Assembly (NCBI GenBank): GCA_963775425.1
Contig: CAVZJB010000014.1
Location: 64,001 to 128,000, forward strand
Source of the DNA: an uncultured delta proteobacterium
GTDB lineage: Bacteria; Myxococcota; UBA727; VGSZ01
Length of the DNA stretch: 64,000 bases
Reading direction: 5' to 3'
Made by a program: the position numbers and the translations under genes. This document shows positions 48,341 to 57,839 of the stretch, one piece after another. Each line of letters opens with the position of its first letter. The first letter of the stretch is position 1. A model generated the notes under the pieces. That model saw only the letters and a list, made by a program, of their open reading frames with translations, did not search any database and had not been told where the DNA came from.

Positions 48341-51325
48341 TCAGCGGAACAAGAGCCAGCTCGCGAGCACCGAGACGGCGGCGGTCGACGCCATGAGCGC
48401 CACGACCACTCCCGGTGACACCCCGGTCCGCACGACGCGAGGGGGCGGCGCCTGGCCGGGGGACGCGGGCGAGGCCACCGTGGCGTCGGAGGTCTCGCGC
48501 GGCGCCTCGACGACGTCGTCGGCGTTGGCCTCCGGCAGCGACCCGCCGTCGTCGCTCACCGCGGCGTGCTCGGGCGCGGTGTCCCGGCCCGGCATGACGG
48601 CGGAGACGTCGAGGCCGCCGAAGAACGAGGCTTCGGCGTCGCCGAGATCGTCGTCGACGGCGCCGGATGTGTGGGCGGCGGTGAAGCTCTCCGCGAGCGC
48701 CTCGAGGCGCCCCTTCACCTCGCGCATGGTCTGCGGGCGCTTGGCGGCGTCGTTCTCGAGGCACTGCATCACCAGCTCGCTCAACGCTTCCGGCACCGCG
48801 TGCACCAGGCCATCGACGCGCCCGGGAGCCGCGGGCTTTTCGAGCTGCGCGAACAGCATCCCGCGGTCGGTGTCGCTCTTGAACGGCAGCCCGCCTGCGA
48901 GCATCTCGTAGAGCACCACGCCGAGGGAGAAGATGTCGGCGCGGTGGTCGACGCCGGTGCCCACGAGCTGCTCGGACGACATGTAGTTGCGCGTCCCCAC
49001 GGTGGCGCCGATGCCGGTGTCGTGCAGCGACTTGCCGTCGTCGTCGACGAGCTTGGCCACGCCGAAGTCGAGGAGCTTCACGAAGTCGTCGCGGCCGCCG
49101 CGCGAGGTGAGGAAGACGTTCTCGGGCTTGATGTCGCGATGGATGATGTGCGCGTCGTGCACGGCCACCATGGCGCTCGCCACCTGGTACCCGATGCGCA
49201 CGGCGCGCTCGGGCCGCACGGTCTTCACCGAGCGCAACAGGCCCGCCAGCGAGCGCCCCTCGAGGAGCTCCATGATGGTGCAGAGCTGCCCGTCGTCGGT
49301 CTCGAACAGGTCGGTGACCTCGATGATGTTCTCGTGGCGGATCTGGTTCACCGCGCGCGCCTCGGAGAGGAAGCGCTCGACGGCGGTGCGGTTCTTCACC
49401 ATGCGCCGCCGCAGCATCTTCATGGCCACGCGGCGGCCGAGCTTCTTGTGCTCCGCGAGGTACACGCGGCCCATGCCGCCGCGCCCGATGACGTCGAGGA
49501 GCAGGTACCCGCCGACGACGTCGCCGGCGGTGGGCGCCCCCTGCATCTCGGGGGCGTGGCTCTCCTCGCCGCCGGTGCTCTGGTCGTCGTGGCGATCGTC
49601 GTGGACCTTGAATTTCTTCACGGCCACTGCGTCTTCGACCTTCTTCTTGAGCTCCTTCTTCGGCGGCTTCTTCGGGGCGACGGGCGGCGCCACGTCGTCG
49701 ACGTCGGACTCAGGCGGCGACACGGGCGCTTCGGCGGTGACGCTGCTGTCGGTGGCGTTGACGTCGGTGGAGGCGGGCTTCTCGATGCCGATGGAGCGGA
49801 AGCCCGGGTGGTTGAGCTTGGGATCGGTCTTGGCGGGCGCCGCCGGTTGAAACAGCTCGAGGGACAGCTTGGTGCCGTTGGCGTCGACGAGGAACAACGA
49901 GACCTCGAGGTCGGCGCCCAGGAACGCTTCGAGGTTGATCGAGCCCGGGTGCGCCTTCAGCCACTCCGCGGGCACGCGCACGGTGCCGAGCACACCGCGC
50001 TCGAGGCTGACGGCGTCGACGGCCTCGTAGACGCCGATGACGAGCGGTTGCCCCTCGGGCGGGCGCTCGAGCGCGATGCGCTGCACCGACGGCACCGGCG
50101 TGTTGGCGGGCACCAGCTCCTTGGACACGCCGCCGGGCAGCGTGACGCCGACGGACATGCTGCTCACGTCGATGAGCGTGCGATCGCCCTGGGTCAACAG
50201 CGCGGTGCCGACGACGACGCCGAGGTCGGGGTGCACCGCCTGCGCGCGGTTGGCCACGAAGATGTCGTTCAGGCGCTTCCGGATGAGGGGCATGCGCGTC
50301 ATGCCGCCGACGAACACCACCTCGTCCACCTCGAGGGGCTGCACCTCCGCGCGCTTGAGGATGTCCTCGCACACGCCGAGCGCCTTCTCGATGAGCGGCG
50401 CGGTGAGCTCCTCGAGCTCCTTGCGCGTCAGCCGCGTGTCGAGGTCGATGAAGCGCTCGCCCTTCACCGCGACGCATGGGACGCGCAGCCGCACCTCCTC
50501 CTGCGTGGACAGATCGATCTTGGCCGCCTCCGCCGCCACAAGCACGCGCTGCGTGGCCACGGTGTTGCCGCGGATGTCGATGCCGCGCTGATCCTCGAGC
50601 TGCTTGGAGAGGTGGTCGAGCAGCTTGCCGTCGAAGTCGGCGCCGCCGAGGAACGCGTCGCCGCCGGTGGCGAGCACCTTCACCACGCCCGAGACGATGG
50701 CCATGAGCGTGGCGTCGAAGGTGCCGCCACCGAGGTCGAAGATGAGCACGGTCCCGTCGCGCCCCTTCTGGCGCGCGTAATACATGGCGGCGGCCGTGGG
50801 CTCGTTGACCATGCCGCGGACCTTGAGGCCCGCGCGGCGCGCCGCGCGCCGGATGACCGCGCGCTGGCCGAAACCGAAGTGCGCGGGCACCGCGACCATG
50901 CACTCCTCGAAGGGCGCCCCGTGCGACACCGCCGCGAGCTCCGCGAGGCGCTTGAGCACGTCGACGGCGACGTCCTCGAGCGGCTTTGTCTGATCGCCGA
51001 TCTTCACGGCGCACAGCCCGTCCGGGCCCTCGACGAGCTCGAACGCGAAGCGGTCCTTGTGCCGGTGGACGAAGGGCGAGTTGTAGCGGAGCCCGAGGAA
51101 GCGCTTGAAGCCGAAGATGGTGCTCTGCGGGTCGTCGATGAGCTGCTGCCGCGCGGGCTGGCCGACGAGGACGTGTTGGCCCTTCTGCGCGTACCACACG
51201 ACGCTCGGCAGCAGGTATGCATCCTGCCGCACGGCGGCCACGCGGACGCGACCCTTGTCGTCGACCCACGCCGCCGCCGAGTTGCTCGTCCCGAGGTCGA
51301 TCCCGAGGACCGGTTTCGTCGCCAT
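48341..51325 (-). CDS. Hsp70 (DnaK-like)-Ser/Thr kinase fusion with C-terminal TM
   Basis: GIDLGTSNS, NEPTAAA, DLGGGTFD, VGGMTRMP; then IGRGGMGRVY, VAMK, HRDIKPEN, DFGVAK; hydrophobic tail. One uninterrupted frame. Confidence 0.88.
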   Translation of the reverse strand: MATKPVLGIDLGTSNSAAAWVDDKGRVRVAAVRQDAYLLPSVVWYAQKGQHVLVGQPARQQLIDDPQSTIFGFKRFLGLRYNSPFVHRHKDRFAFELVEGPDGLCAVKIGDQTKPLEDVAVDVLKRLAELAAVSHGAPFEECMVAVPAHFGFGQRAVIRRAARRAGLKVRGMVNEPTAAAMYYARQKGRDGTVLIFDLGGGTFDATLMAIVSGVVKVLATGGDAFLGGADFDGKLLDHLSKQLEDQRGIDIRGNTVATQRVLVAAEAAKIDLSTQEEVRLRVPCVAVKGERFIDLDTRLTRKELEELTAPLIEKALGVCEDILKRAEVQPLEVDEVVFVGGMTRMPLIRKRLNDIFVANRAQAVHPDLGVVVGTALLTQGDRTLIDVSSMSVGVTLPGGVSKELVPANTPVPSVQRIALERPPEGQPLVIGVYEAVDAVSLERGVLGTVRVPAEWLKAHPGSINLEAFLGADLEVSLFLVDANGTKLSLELFQPAAPAKTDPKLNHPGFRSIGIEKPASTDVNATDSSVTAEAPVSPPESDVDDVAPPVAPKKPPKKELKKKVEDAVAVKKFKVHDDRHDDQSTGGEESHAPEMQGAPTAGDVVGGYLLLDVIGRGGMGRVYLAEHKKLGRRVAMKMLRRRMVKNRTAVERFLSEARAVNQIRHENIIEVTDLFETDDGQLCTIMELLEGRSLAGLLRSVKTVRPERAVRIGYQVASAMVAVHDAHIIHRDIKPENVFLTSRGGRDDFVKLLDFGVAKLVDDDGKSLHDTGIGATVGTRNYMSSEQLVGTGVDHRADIFSLGVVLYEMLAGGLPFKSDTDRGMLFAQLEKPAAPGRVDGLVHAVPEALSELVMQCLENDAAKRPQTMREVKGRLEALAESFTAAHTSGAVDDDLGDAEASFFGGLDVSAVMPGRDTAPEHAAVSDDGGSLPEANADDVVEAPRETSDATVASPASPGQAPPPRVVRTGVSPGVVVALMASTAAVSVLASWLLFR

Positions 51326-51420
51326 CGGCCCGGCCATCCTAGCGAGGGCGCCGCGGCGCCACCAAAAAGAGCCGTAGGTGTCCCAAATGCCGGTCCGGCC
51401 GGACGCCAGGGGGCTCGCGG

Positions 51421-52629
51421 TCAGCGCGCGGAGATCGGCGCGAAGGCGCGCGAGGGGGCGCCCACCCCCTTGAGCTCGAACGCGCCCAGGTCTTCGAGGG
51501 GCGCCTCGGTGAGCCCGGCGACCTCCTCGCTGAGGACGACGTCCCTGCCGAGCTTGCCCGTGAGCGTCTCGAGCCGCGCGGCGAGGTTCACCGCGGGACC
51601 GATGCAGGTGAAGTCGAGCCGCCCGGAGCCGCCGATGTTGCCGTAGGCGATCTCGCCGACGTGGAGCGCGACCCCGAAGCGGACCGGCGGCTGCCCCTTG
51701 TGCGCCCGCCGCTCGTTCAACGCCGCCAGCGCGGCGAACGCCTCGCGGGTGGCGGCGACGGCGTCGTCGACCCGGGCGGCGCGCTGCGCCCGATCGGGCC
51801 CGGCGGCTCCCTCCGGTCGCCCAAGGGCGCCGTCGACGGGGAAGATGGCGAGCATGCCGTCGCCCATGTACTTGAGCACCTCGCCGCCGCGCTTCTCGAT
51901 GGCGGGGACCTGGCAGTCGAAGACGTCGTTGAGGGTGGCGATGATCTCCCCGGGCGTGAGCGCGCTCGACATCGACGTGAAGCCGCGCAGGTCCGAGAAC
52001 CAGATGACGGCGCGGATGCTGTTGGTGTCGCCGCGCTGGATCTGCCCGGCGAGGATGCGCTCGCCGGCGTCGTGGCCCACGTAGGTGTTCAAGAGGTTGG
52101 TGGCCGTGCGCGACAGCGCGAGGATCTCCCCGATGCGCGTGAGCGGCGGCATCACGCGCATGACGGCGCGGCGGTCGTCGTCCGTGAAGCCGCCCGGCCG
52201 CCGGGTGGCGAAGGTGATGGCGTGCACCTGGCCGTTCAAAAACGGCATGGGCGCGGTGGCGAAGTCGGTGAACCCCTGGCCCTTCAAGGTCTCGAGCTCC
52301 GGGTGCCCACCGGTCTCGCCGGCCTCGAGGTGGTGGCGCATCATCTGGCCCGAGCGAAACACCTCGGCCACCGCGCTCCGCTCGAACTCCGGCGAGGCGA
52401 GCGCGGAGAAGCTGCGCTCGATGACCTCCACCGGCCCTGGCGGCGTCCACAGGAAGCTCCGTCCCGCGATGTGCGGGTGGAGCGTGCGCACGAAGGCCTC
52501 GAGGCGATCGAGCGGCAGCCCCGCCTCCCGCAGCTCCGGGCACATACGCCCGAGCACGCCCATCGGTGTCCTGGCGCCGGGGGCGCCGTTCACCAGCCAC
52601 TCGAAGGTCTTCTCGACGTCAACCGCCAT
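51421..52629 (-). CDS. Class III adenylate cyclase
   Basis: FSDLRGFT, KYMGDG, LDFTCIGPAVNLAARLE (Lys/Asp pair typical of ATP specificity). Confidence 0.9.
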   Translation of the reverse strand: MAVDVEKTFEWLVNGAPGARTPMGVLGRMCPELREAGLPLDRLEAFVRTLHPHIAGRSFLWTPPGPVEVIERSFSALASPEFERSAVAEVFRSGQMMRHHLEAGETGGHPELETLKGQGFTDFATAPMPFLNGQVHAITFATRRPGGFTDDDRRAVMRVMPPLTRIGEILALSRTATNLLNTYVGHDAGERILAGQIQRGDTNSIRAVIWFSDLRGFTSMSSALTPGEIIATLNDVFDCQVPAIEKRGGEVLKYMGDGMLAIFPVDGALGRPEGAAGPDRAQRAARVDDAVAATREAFAALAALNERRAHKGQPPVRFGVALHVGEIAYGNIGGSGRLDFTCIGPAVNLAARLETLTGKLGRDVVLSEEVAGLTEAPLEDLGAFELKGVGAPSRAFAPISAR

Positions 52630-52687
52630 GACGCAAGCGTACAGCGAACCTCGCCCTCGCCGCCCGCGCGTGCCATCGTAGGGGGCG

Positions 52688-53530
52688 ATGCGTCGCCTCG
52701 CGCTCCCGCTCGCCGTCCCCGTGGCCGTGCTCGCCGCGGGGCTGCCGCTCGGCCTCGGCTGCCCGCCCGCCGCCGCCGCCGACGCCGGCCCGGCCGACGC
52801 CGGCGCGGTCGTAGACGCCGGCCCCGACGACGCGGGCGACGCCGACGCCGGCGGCGGCGATGAGGGCGAGGGCGAAGGCGAGGGAGAGGGCGAGGGCGAC
52901 GTCGTCGACGCCGGGCACCCCGCGCCCGGCTTCGGCGCCATCAGCGGCGACTGCGACGTCCTCGACGACGCGCTCCTGTCCGCGGATCCGTCGACGTACA
53001 CCGACGCCATCGACTTCGGCGCCGACCCGTACGACGACGCCGACTACGACCTGCTCACCGCGGGCGGCGAGCGGATGATCGACACGGGCAACGCCGGTGG
53101 CAACTCGCTGTTGTCCGAGGTGTTCGCCTACGAGGTGCTCGCGCGCTGCGTGGACGCGGTGCTCCTGAAGACGGAGACCGAGATCCAGTATGACGATCCG
53201 TCGAGCAAGATCACGGACCTCGAGGTGGAGATCGACGGCGAGAAGATCGGCGTGAGCGTCACCCGCGCCGTGAAGTTCCCCTTCGACGCCGTCTACACCG
53301 AGGCCGACGCGCAGCCGCTCATCCAGCGCAAGCTCTCGGACATCCTCGAATCGAGCGCGCACGTCGTCGAGGCCGATCGCTGGCGCAAGCAGATCCTCGC
53401 GGTCATCGCGTACTCCCCCGAGCACAAGGACGTGGTCGAGTCCGTCCTCGCGGGCATCGACCCCGCCGTCCGCGCCGACACCATCGTCATCGTCACCGTG
53501 AGCGACGGCGACGACGCCTTCCTGTACTGA
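52688..53530 (+). CDS. Lipoprotein with (GE)n linker and AAC4-like domain
   Basis: LGLGC lipobox; NAGGNSLLSEVFAYEVL...LLKTETEIQY...ITDL...IGVSVTRA; GE tract at 52862-52897. Confidence 0.68.
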   Translation: MRRLALPLAVPVAVLAAGLPLGLGCPPAAAADAGPADAGAVVDAGPDDAGDADAGGGDEGEGEGEGEGEGDVVDAGHPAPGFGAISGDCDVLDDALLSADPSTYTDAIDFGADPYDDADYDLLTAGGERMIDTGNAGGNSLLSEVFAYEVLARCVDAVLLKTETEIQYDDPSSKITDLEVEIDGEKIGVSVTRAVKFPFDAVYTEADAQPLIQRKLSDILESSAHVVEADRWRKQILAVIAYSPEHKDVVESVLAGIDPAVRADTIVIVTVSDGDDAFLY

Positions 53531-53579
53531 CGCCCGCCCGCTCGGCGCCGCCCCCGCCGCGCACCACGCGGGCGCGCGC

Positions 53580-54806
53580 TCACCCCTTGACGCACACCAC
53601 CTGCTTGAGCGTGTGCACGACGTCGACGAGGTCGGCCTGGGCGGCCATGACGGCGTCGATGTCCTTATAGGCGCGCGGGGTCTCGTCGATGACGCCGCTG
53701 TCCTTGCGGCACTCGACGCCGGCGGTGTCGCGCTCGTGGTCCTTCACCGAGAAGCGGCGCCTGGCCTCGGTGCGCGACATCTTGCGGCCGGCGCCGTGGC
53801 TGCACGAGCAGAAGCTCTCGGCGTTTCCCTTGCCGCGCACGATGAAGCTCCTGGCGCCCATGCTGCCCGGGATGATGCCGAGGTCGCCGGCGCCGGCCCG
53901 CACGGCGCCCTTGCGCGTGACGAGGACGTCCTCGCCGAAGTGGCTCTCCCTGGCGACGTAGTTGTGGTGGCAGTTCACCGCGACGTCTCCCGCCGTGAAG
54001 CGCGGCACGCCGCGCACCTCGGCGAGCGCGGCCAGCGTGTGCGCCATCATCAGGTCGCGGTTTTTGCGCGCGAAGTCCTGCGCCCAGGACACCGCGAAGA
54101 CGTAGTCGTCGAAGTGCGGCGAGCCCTCGCTGAAGTAGGCGAGGTTGTGGTCGGGGAGGTTGGCGATGTGCGCGCGCATGTCGTCTTTGGCGAGGGCGAT
54201 GAACGTGGAGCCGATGGCGTTGCCCACGCCGCGCGAGCCGGAGTGCAGCATCACCCACACGCGCTGCTCCTCGTCGAGGCACACCTCGACGAAGTGGTTT
54301 CCGGTGCCGAGCGTGCCGAGGTGGTTGCGGTTGTTGGTCTTTTCGAGCCGCGGGTGTTTCTCGAGGATCTGCTGGAAGCGCGGCCACAGGATCGCCCACG
54401 TCTCGTCGACGTCGCTCGGCACGTCGCGCCAGGCGCCGCGGTCGTTGCGGCCGCCGTCGTTGGTTCGACCGACCGGCACGGCGCGCTCGATCTTGTTGCG
54501 GAGCGGGCGCAGGTCGTCGGGCAGATCGTTCGCCGTGAGCGACGTCCGCACGGCCATCATGCCGCAGCCGATATCGACGCCGACCGCCGCGGGGATCACC
54601 GCGCCGCGCGTGGCGACGACGGTGCCGACGGTGGCGCCGATACCGATGTGCACGTCGGGCATGGCCGCGACGTGCTTGAACACGAACGGCATCTGCGCGG
54701 TGCGCTCGAGCTGCGCGAGCGCGCCCTCCTCGACGGGGACGCCGCGGGTCCAGCGCTTGATGGGCACGCCCGCGGTGGGCGTGGTCTGGTAAGCGTCTTC
54801 GGTCAT
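53580..54806 (-). CDS. rtcB: RNA ligase RtcB
   Basis: MPDVHIG, VGVDIGCG, GTLGTGNHF, LHSGSRG, HHNY, RKGA, PGSMG, SHGAGR, DETPRAYK. Confidence 0.96.
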   Translation of the reverse strand: MTEDAYQTTPTAGVPIKRWTRGVPVEEGALAQLERTAQMPFVFKHVAAMPDVHIGIGATVGTVVATRGAVIPAAVGVDIGCGMMAVRTSLTANDLPDDLRPLRNKIERAVPVGRTNDGGRNDRGAWRDVPSDVDETWAILWPRFQQILEKHPRLEKTNNRNHLGTLGTGNHFVEVCLDEEQRVWVMLHSGSRGVGNAIGSTFIALAKDDMRAHIANLPDHNLAYFSEGSPHFDDYVFAVSWAQDFARKNRDLMMAHTLAALAEVRGVPRFTAGDVAVNCHHNYVARESHFGEDVLVTRKGAVRAGAGDLGIIPGSMGARSFIVRGKGNAESFCSCSHGAGRKMSRTEARRRFSVKDHERDTAGVECRKDSGVIDETPRAYKDIDAVMAAQADLVDVVHTLKQVVCVKG

Positions 54807-54855
54807 GAGCTCACCTCGTCGTGGAGCCTAACGACGACGCCCTCGCGGGCTTCAT

Positions 54856-56871
54856 TCACCCGGCCCCACCCTTGTCGACGCCACCCTCGGCGGCGGCGCC
54901 CTTGTCGGCGCCACCCTCGACGACGCCACCCTCCACCACGCCACCCTTGGCGACGCCACCCTCGGCGACGCCACCCTCGGCGACGGCGGCCTCGGCGGCG
55001 GCGGGCGGCTCGGGCGGCTCGGGTGGCGGCGCCGCAGGGGGCGCGGGGGGCGTCGGGGGCAGGCGGCCGGCGCGGTGGCGGGCGATGTCCTGCTCGAAGG
55101 TCTGCTCGAGCTCCGCGCGGATCTGGATGGAGGTCTGGATGAGCTGCTTTTGATCGGCGGCGCTGACGGCGTGCTGGCGGCTGAGGATCTCCTCGTCCAT
55201 CCTGGCGAACGACTCACACAGGTCGGCGGCGTCCTCCTTGTCGTGGCCGAGCCCGACGAGCACCTCCTCGGCCATCTTCAACGACGAGAAGAAGGTCTCG
55301 CGGTTGAACACGGTGACGCCGAGGTCCATGAGCTTGTAGGCGTGCTGGCGGTTGCGCGCCCGCGCATAGATGGGGAGCGTGGGGAAGTTCTTCTTCACCA
55401 CCTGCGCCGTGCGCACCGAGGCCTCGACGTCGTCGATGGCGAGCACGAAGGCCTGCGCCTCCTCCGCGCGCGCCGCCCGCAGCAGGTCGAGGCGCGAGGC
55501 GTCGCCGTAGAACGACTTGTTTCCCCACTTACGCAGGAAGTCGACCTGCTCCGGCGAAATCTCGAGCGCGGTGAACTTGTGCCCGGTGAGCGCGAGCACG
55601 CGCGCGATGACCTGCCCGTAGCGGCCGAAGCCCGCGATGATCACCGGGTGGGTCTCGTCGTCGAGCGCGTCGAACTCGCGCTTGGGCGCAGCCTTACGCA
55701 GCCGGGCGACGTAGCGGTCGGCGCCGATCATGAGCAGCGGCGCCGCCGCCATCGACGTCGACACCACGATCACGAGCGTATCCACGAGCTCCTGTGACAT
55801 CACCCTGGCCTGCGCCGCGACGCCGAGCAGGACGAAGGCGAACGCGCCGCCGGTGGACATCGCCGCGGAGACCAGGACGCGGCTCTGGCGCTCCCAGCCG
55901 ACGATGCGCCCGACGCCGTACACCACGCCCACCTTCAACGCGATGAGCGCCGCCACGCCCGCGAAGATCACGAGCGGCTTGTCGATGAAGAGCGTGATGT
56001 TCGCGGTCATGCCGATGGCCATGAAGAACAGGCCGAGCAACAGACCCTTGAAGGGCTCCACGTTCGCCTCGAGCTCGTGGCGGTACTCGGAGTCCGCGAG
56101 GAGCACGCCGGCGAGGAACGCGCCCAGCGCCATCGACATCCCCACGCCCACCATCAGCGCGCCCGCGCCGACGACGACGAGCAGCGCCACCGCCACGCTC
56201 ACCTCGTGGGCGCGCGACGAGGCGATGATCCGAAAGACCGGGCGGGTGACGAGGCGGCCGCCGAACACGATGACGGCGACGGCGGCGAGCACCTTGAGCG
56301 CGCCGAGGAGGACCGCGCCCACGGAGAGCGCCGCGCCGGGGGCGGCGTCGCCGGCGTCGCCCGCGAGCAGCGGGATGAGGGCGAGCACCGGGATGACGGC
56401 GACGTCCTGGTACAGCAGGATGGCGAAGCCGTCGCGGCCCGCGGGGGTCTGGATCTCGCCGCGCTCGGCGAGGAGCTGAAGCGAGATCACCGACGACGAC
56501 AGCGCCAGGCCGATGCCGCCGACGACGGCGGCGCGGAGGGGAACACCGAGGACGGCGAGGGCGCCGCCGATGACGGCGGCGGTGACGACCACCTGCGCCG
56601 TGCCGAGGCCGAACACCGCGCGGCGCAACTGCCACAGGCGCCGCGGCTCGAGCTCGATGCCGATGAGGAACAGGAAGAACACCACGCCGAGCTCGGAGAA
56701 GCCCAGGATGTCCTCGCCCTCGGTGACGAGGCCAAGCACGTGCGGACCGATGAGCACGCCGGCGGCGAGGTAGCCGAGGATGGCGCCGAGCTTCAAGCGC
56801 TTGAAGAGCGGCACCGCGATGCACATGGCGGCGAGCACCACCAGCGCCTCGTGCAAGAGGTCGTGGCTCAT
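54856..56871 (-). CDS. kefC: KefB/KefC-like CPA2 potassium efflux protein with KTN domain
   Basis: GAILGYLAAGVLIGP, SEYRHELEANVEPFKGLLLGLFF, IIAGFGRYGQ, YGDASRLDLL, RARNR, RETF. Confidence 0.85.
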   Translation of the reverse strand: MSHDLLHEALVVLAAMCIAVPLFKRLKLGAILGYLAAGVLIGPHVLGLVTEGEDILGFSELGVVFFLFLIGIELEPRRLWQLRRAVFGLGTAQVVVTAAVIGGALAVLGVPLRAAVVGGIGLALSSSVISLQLLAERGEIQTPAGRDGFAILLYQDVAVIPVLALIPLLAGDAGDAAPGAALSVGAVLLGALKVLAAVAVIVFGGRLVTRPVFRIIASSRAHEVSVAVALLVVVGAGALMVGVGMSMALGAFLAGVLLADSEYRHELEANVEPFKGLLLGLFFMAIGMTANITLFIDKPLVIFAGVAALIALKVGVVYGVGRIVGWERQSRVLVSAAMSTGGAFAFVLLGVAAQARVMSQELVDTLVIVVSTSMAAAPLLMIGADRYVARLRKAAPKREFDALDDETHPVIIAGFGRYGQVIARVLALTGHKFTALEISPEQVDFLRKWGNKSFYGDASRLDLLRAARAEEAQAFVLAIDDVEASVRTAQVVKKNFPTLPIYARARNRQHAYKLMDLGVTVFNRETFFSSLKMAEEVLVGLGHDKEDAADLCESFARMDEEILSRQHAVSAADQKQLIQTSIQIRAELEQTFEQDIARHRAGRLPPTPPAPPAAPPPEPPEPPAAAEAAVAEGGVAEGGVAKGGVVEGGVVEGGADKGAAAEGGVDKGGAG
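54866..54990 (-). repeat. Degenerate 15-bp repeats encoding an EGGV[A/V/D]-type tail
   Basis: Recurring CGCCACCCT units at 15-bp spacing. Confidence 0.7.
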
Positions 56872-57779
56872 GCCTCCACCCGCGCCTGCGGCTCGACGTC
56901 GTGGAACTTGCCGAGGTCGAGCTGGAAGCGCCCGTCGGGCAGGGGGCTTATCACGTCGCGGTAGCGGGCGCCGAAGACGACGTCGGTGGGGCTGTAGAAG
57001 TGGCTGGCGTAGATGGTCTGCGCCACGGTGCCGTCGTGCCCGGTGAGGTTGGCGTTGACGCGCCACCCCCCGCGCACGAACTCTTCGGGGGTGACTCCCC
57101 ACAACGGCGAGCTCTCGTCGATCTCGTGCATCAGGGTCCAACTGATGACGAACACCGGCTGCACCGTGCGCGCGAGCTTGAGGTCGTAGAGCCGGCGCAT
57201 GCGCTCGCCTTCCCTGGACATCTCGTCGCGCAGCACCGTGAGCCGCGCGCTCGCCTCGACGATGTCGTTGCCGCGCTCGTTGGCCACGCGCACCATGAGC
57301 ACCTGCTTGCCGTCGCGCTGCGTCACCACCGCCCGGCGGGCAAACAGCACGCGGGCATGCGGCCGCGCGAACTTGGCGAACACCAGCCCCGTGGTGACGG
57401 CGGTCATGAGCATGCTCACGATGGACTCCGCCGCCACCAGCATGTTGGCGTACGTGGTGGTGGGCGTCATCCCGCCGTAGCCGATGGTCGCCCACGTCTG
57501 GACGGAGAAGTAGAACTTGTCGAGCATCCCGGGCGCGTTGATGACGCAGTCGCCGCCGGCGGCGTACAGCAGGCCGAAGGCCACGTTGGCCACCACCTGC
57601 GACAGGATGATGGCGACGAGGAACCAGCTCCACCGCATCACCAGGATGGAGTGGAACAGGTCGCCGAAGCCCCACGGGGCGGCGCCCACGCGGACCACGT
57701 TGCGCGCGGGGTTGGAGCCGTCGGCCGGCGGCCTTGGCCTGGCGCCGCTCAGGGTGGCGGGCGTCGAGGTGCTCGTCAT
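56868..57779 (-). CDS. Inward-rectifier potassium channel (KirBac family)
   Basis: FYFSVQTWATIGYG filter, GLVFAKFARP, RVANERGN, WTLMHEIDESSPL; ATGA overlap with kefC. Confidence 0.93.
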   Translation of the reverse strand: MTSTSTPATLSGARPRPPADGSNPARNVVRVGAAPWGFGDLFHSILVMRWSWFLVAIILSQVVANVAFGLLYAAGGDCVINAPGMLDKFYFSVQTWATIGYGGMTPTTTYANMLVAAESIVSMLMTAVTTGLVFAKFARPHARVLFARRAVVTQRDGKQVLMVRVANERGNDIVEASARLTVLRDEMSREGERMRRLYDLKLARTVQPVFVISWTLMHEIDESSPLWGVTPEEFVRGGWRVNANLTGHDGTVAQTIYASHFYSPTDVVFGARYRDVISPLPDGRFQLDLGKFHDVEPQARVEA

Positions 57780-57839
57780 CGCGCTTTCCCCGTTCCGAAT
57801 CGGTGGAATCTCCGGCAGCCTCCCTTGCCCGAAGCCCGC

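Noticed and set aside
48341-52600. 1419-aa ORF suggesting a cyclase-Hsp70-kinase triple fusion
   Set aside because: The cyclase is in a different frame with its own stop at 51421; the upstream extension is a shadow, and the real start is near 51325.
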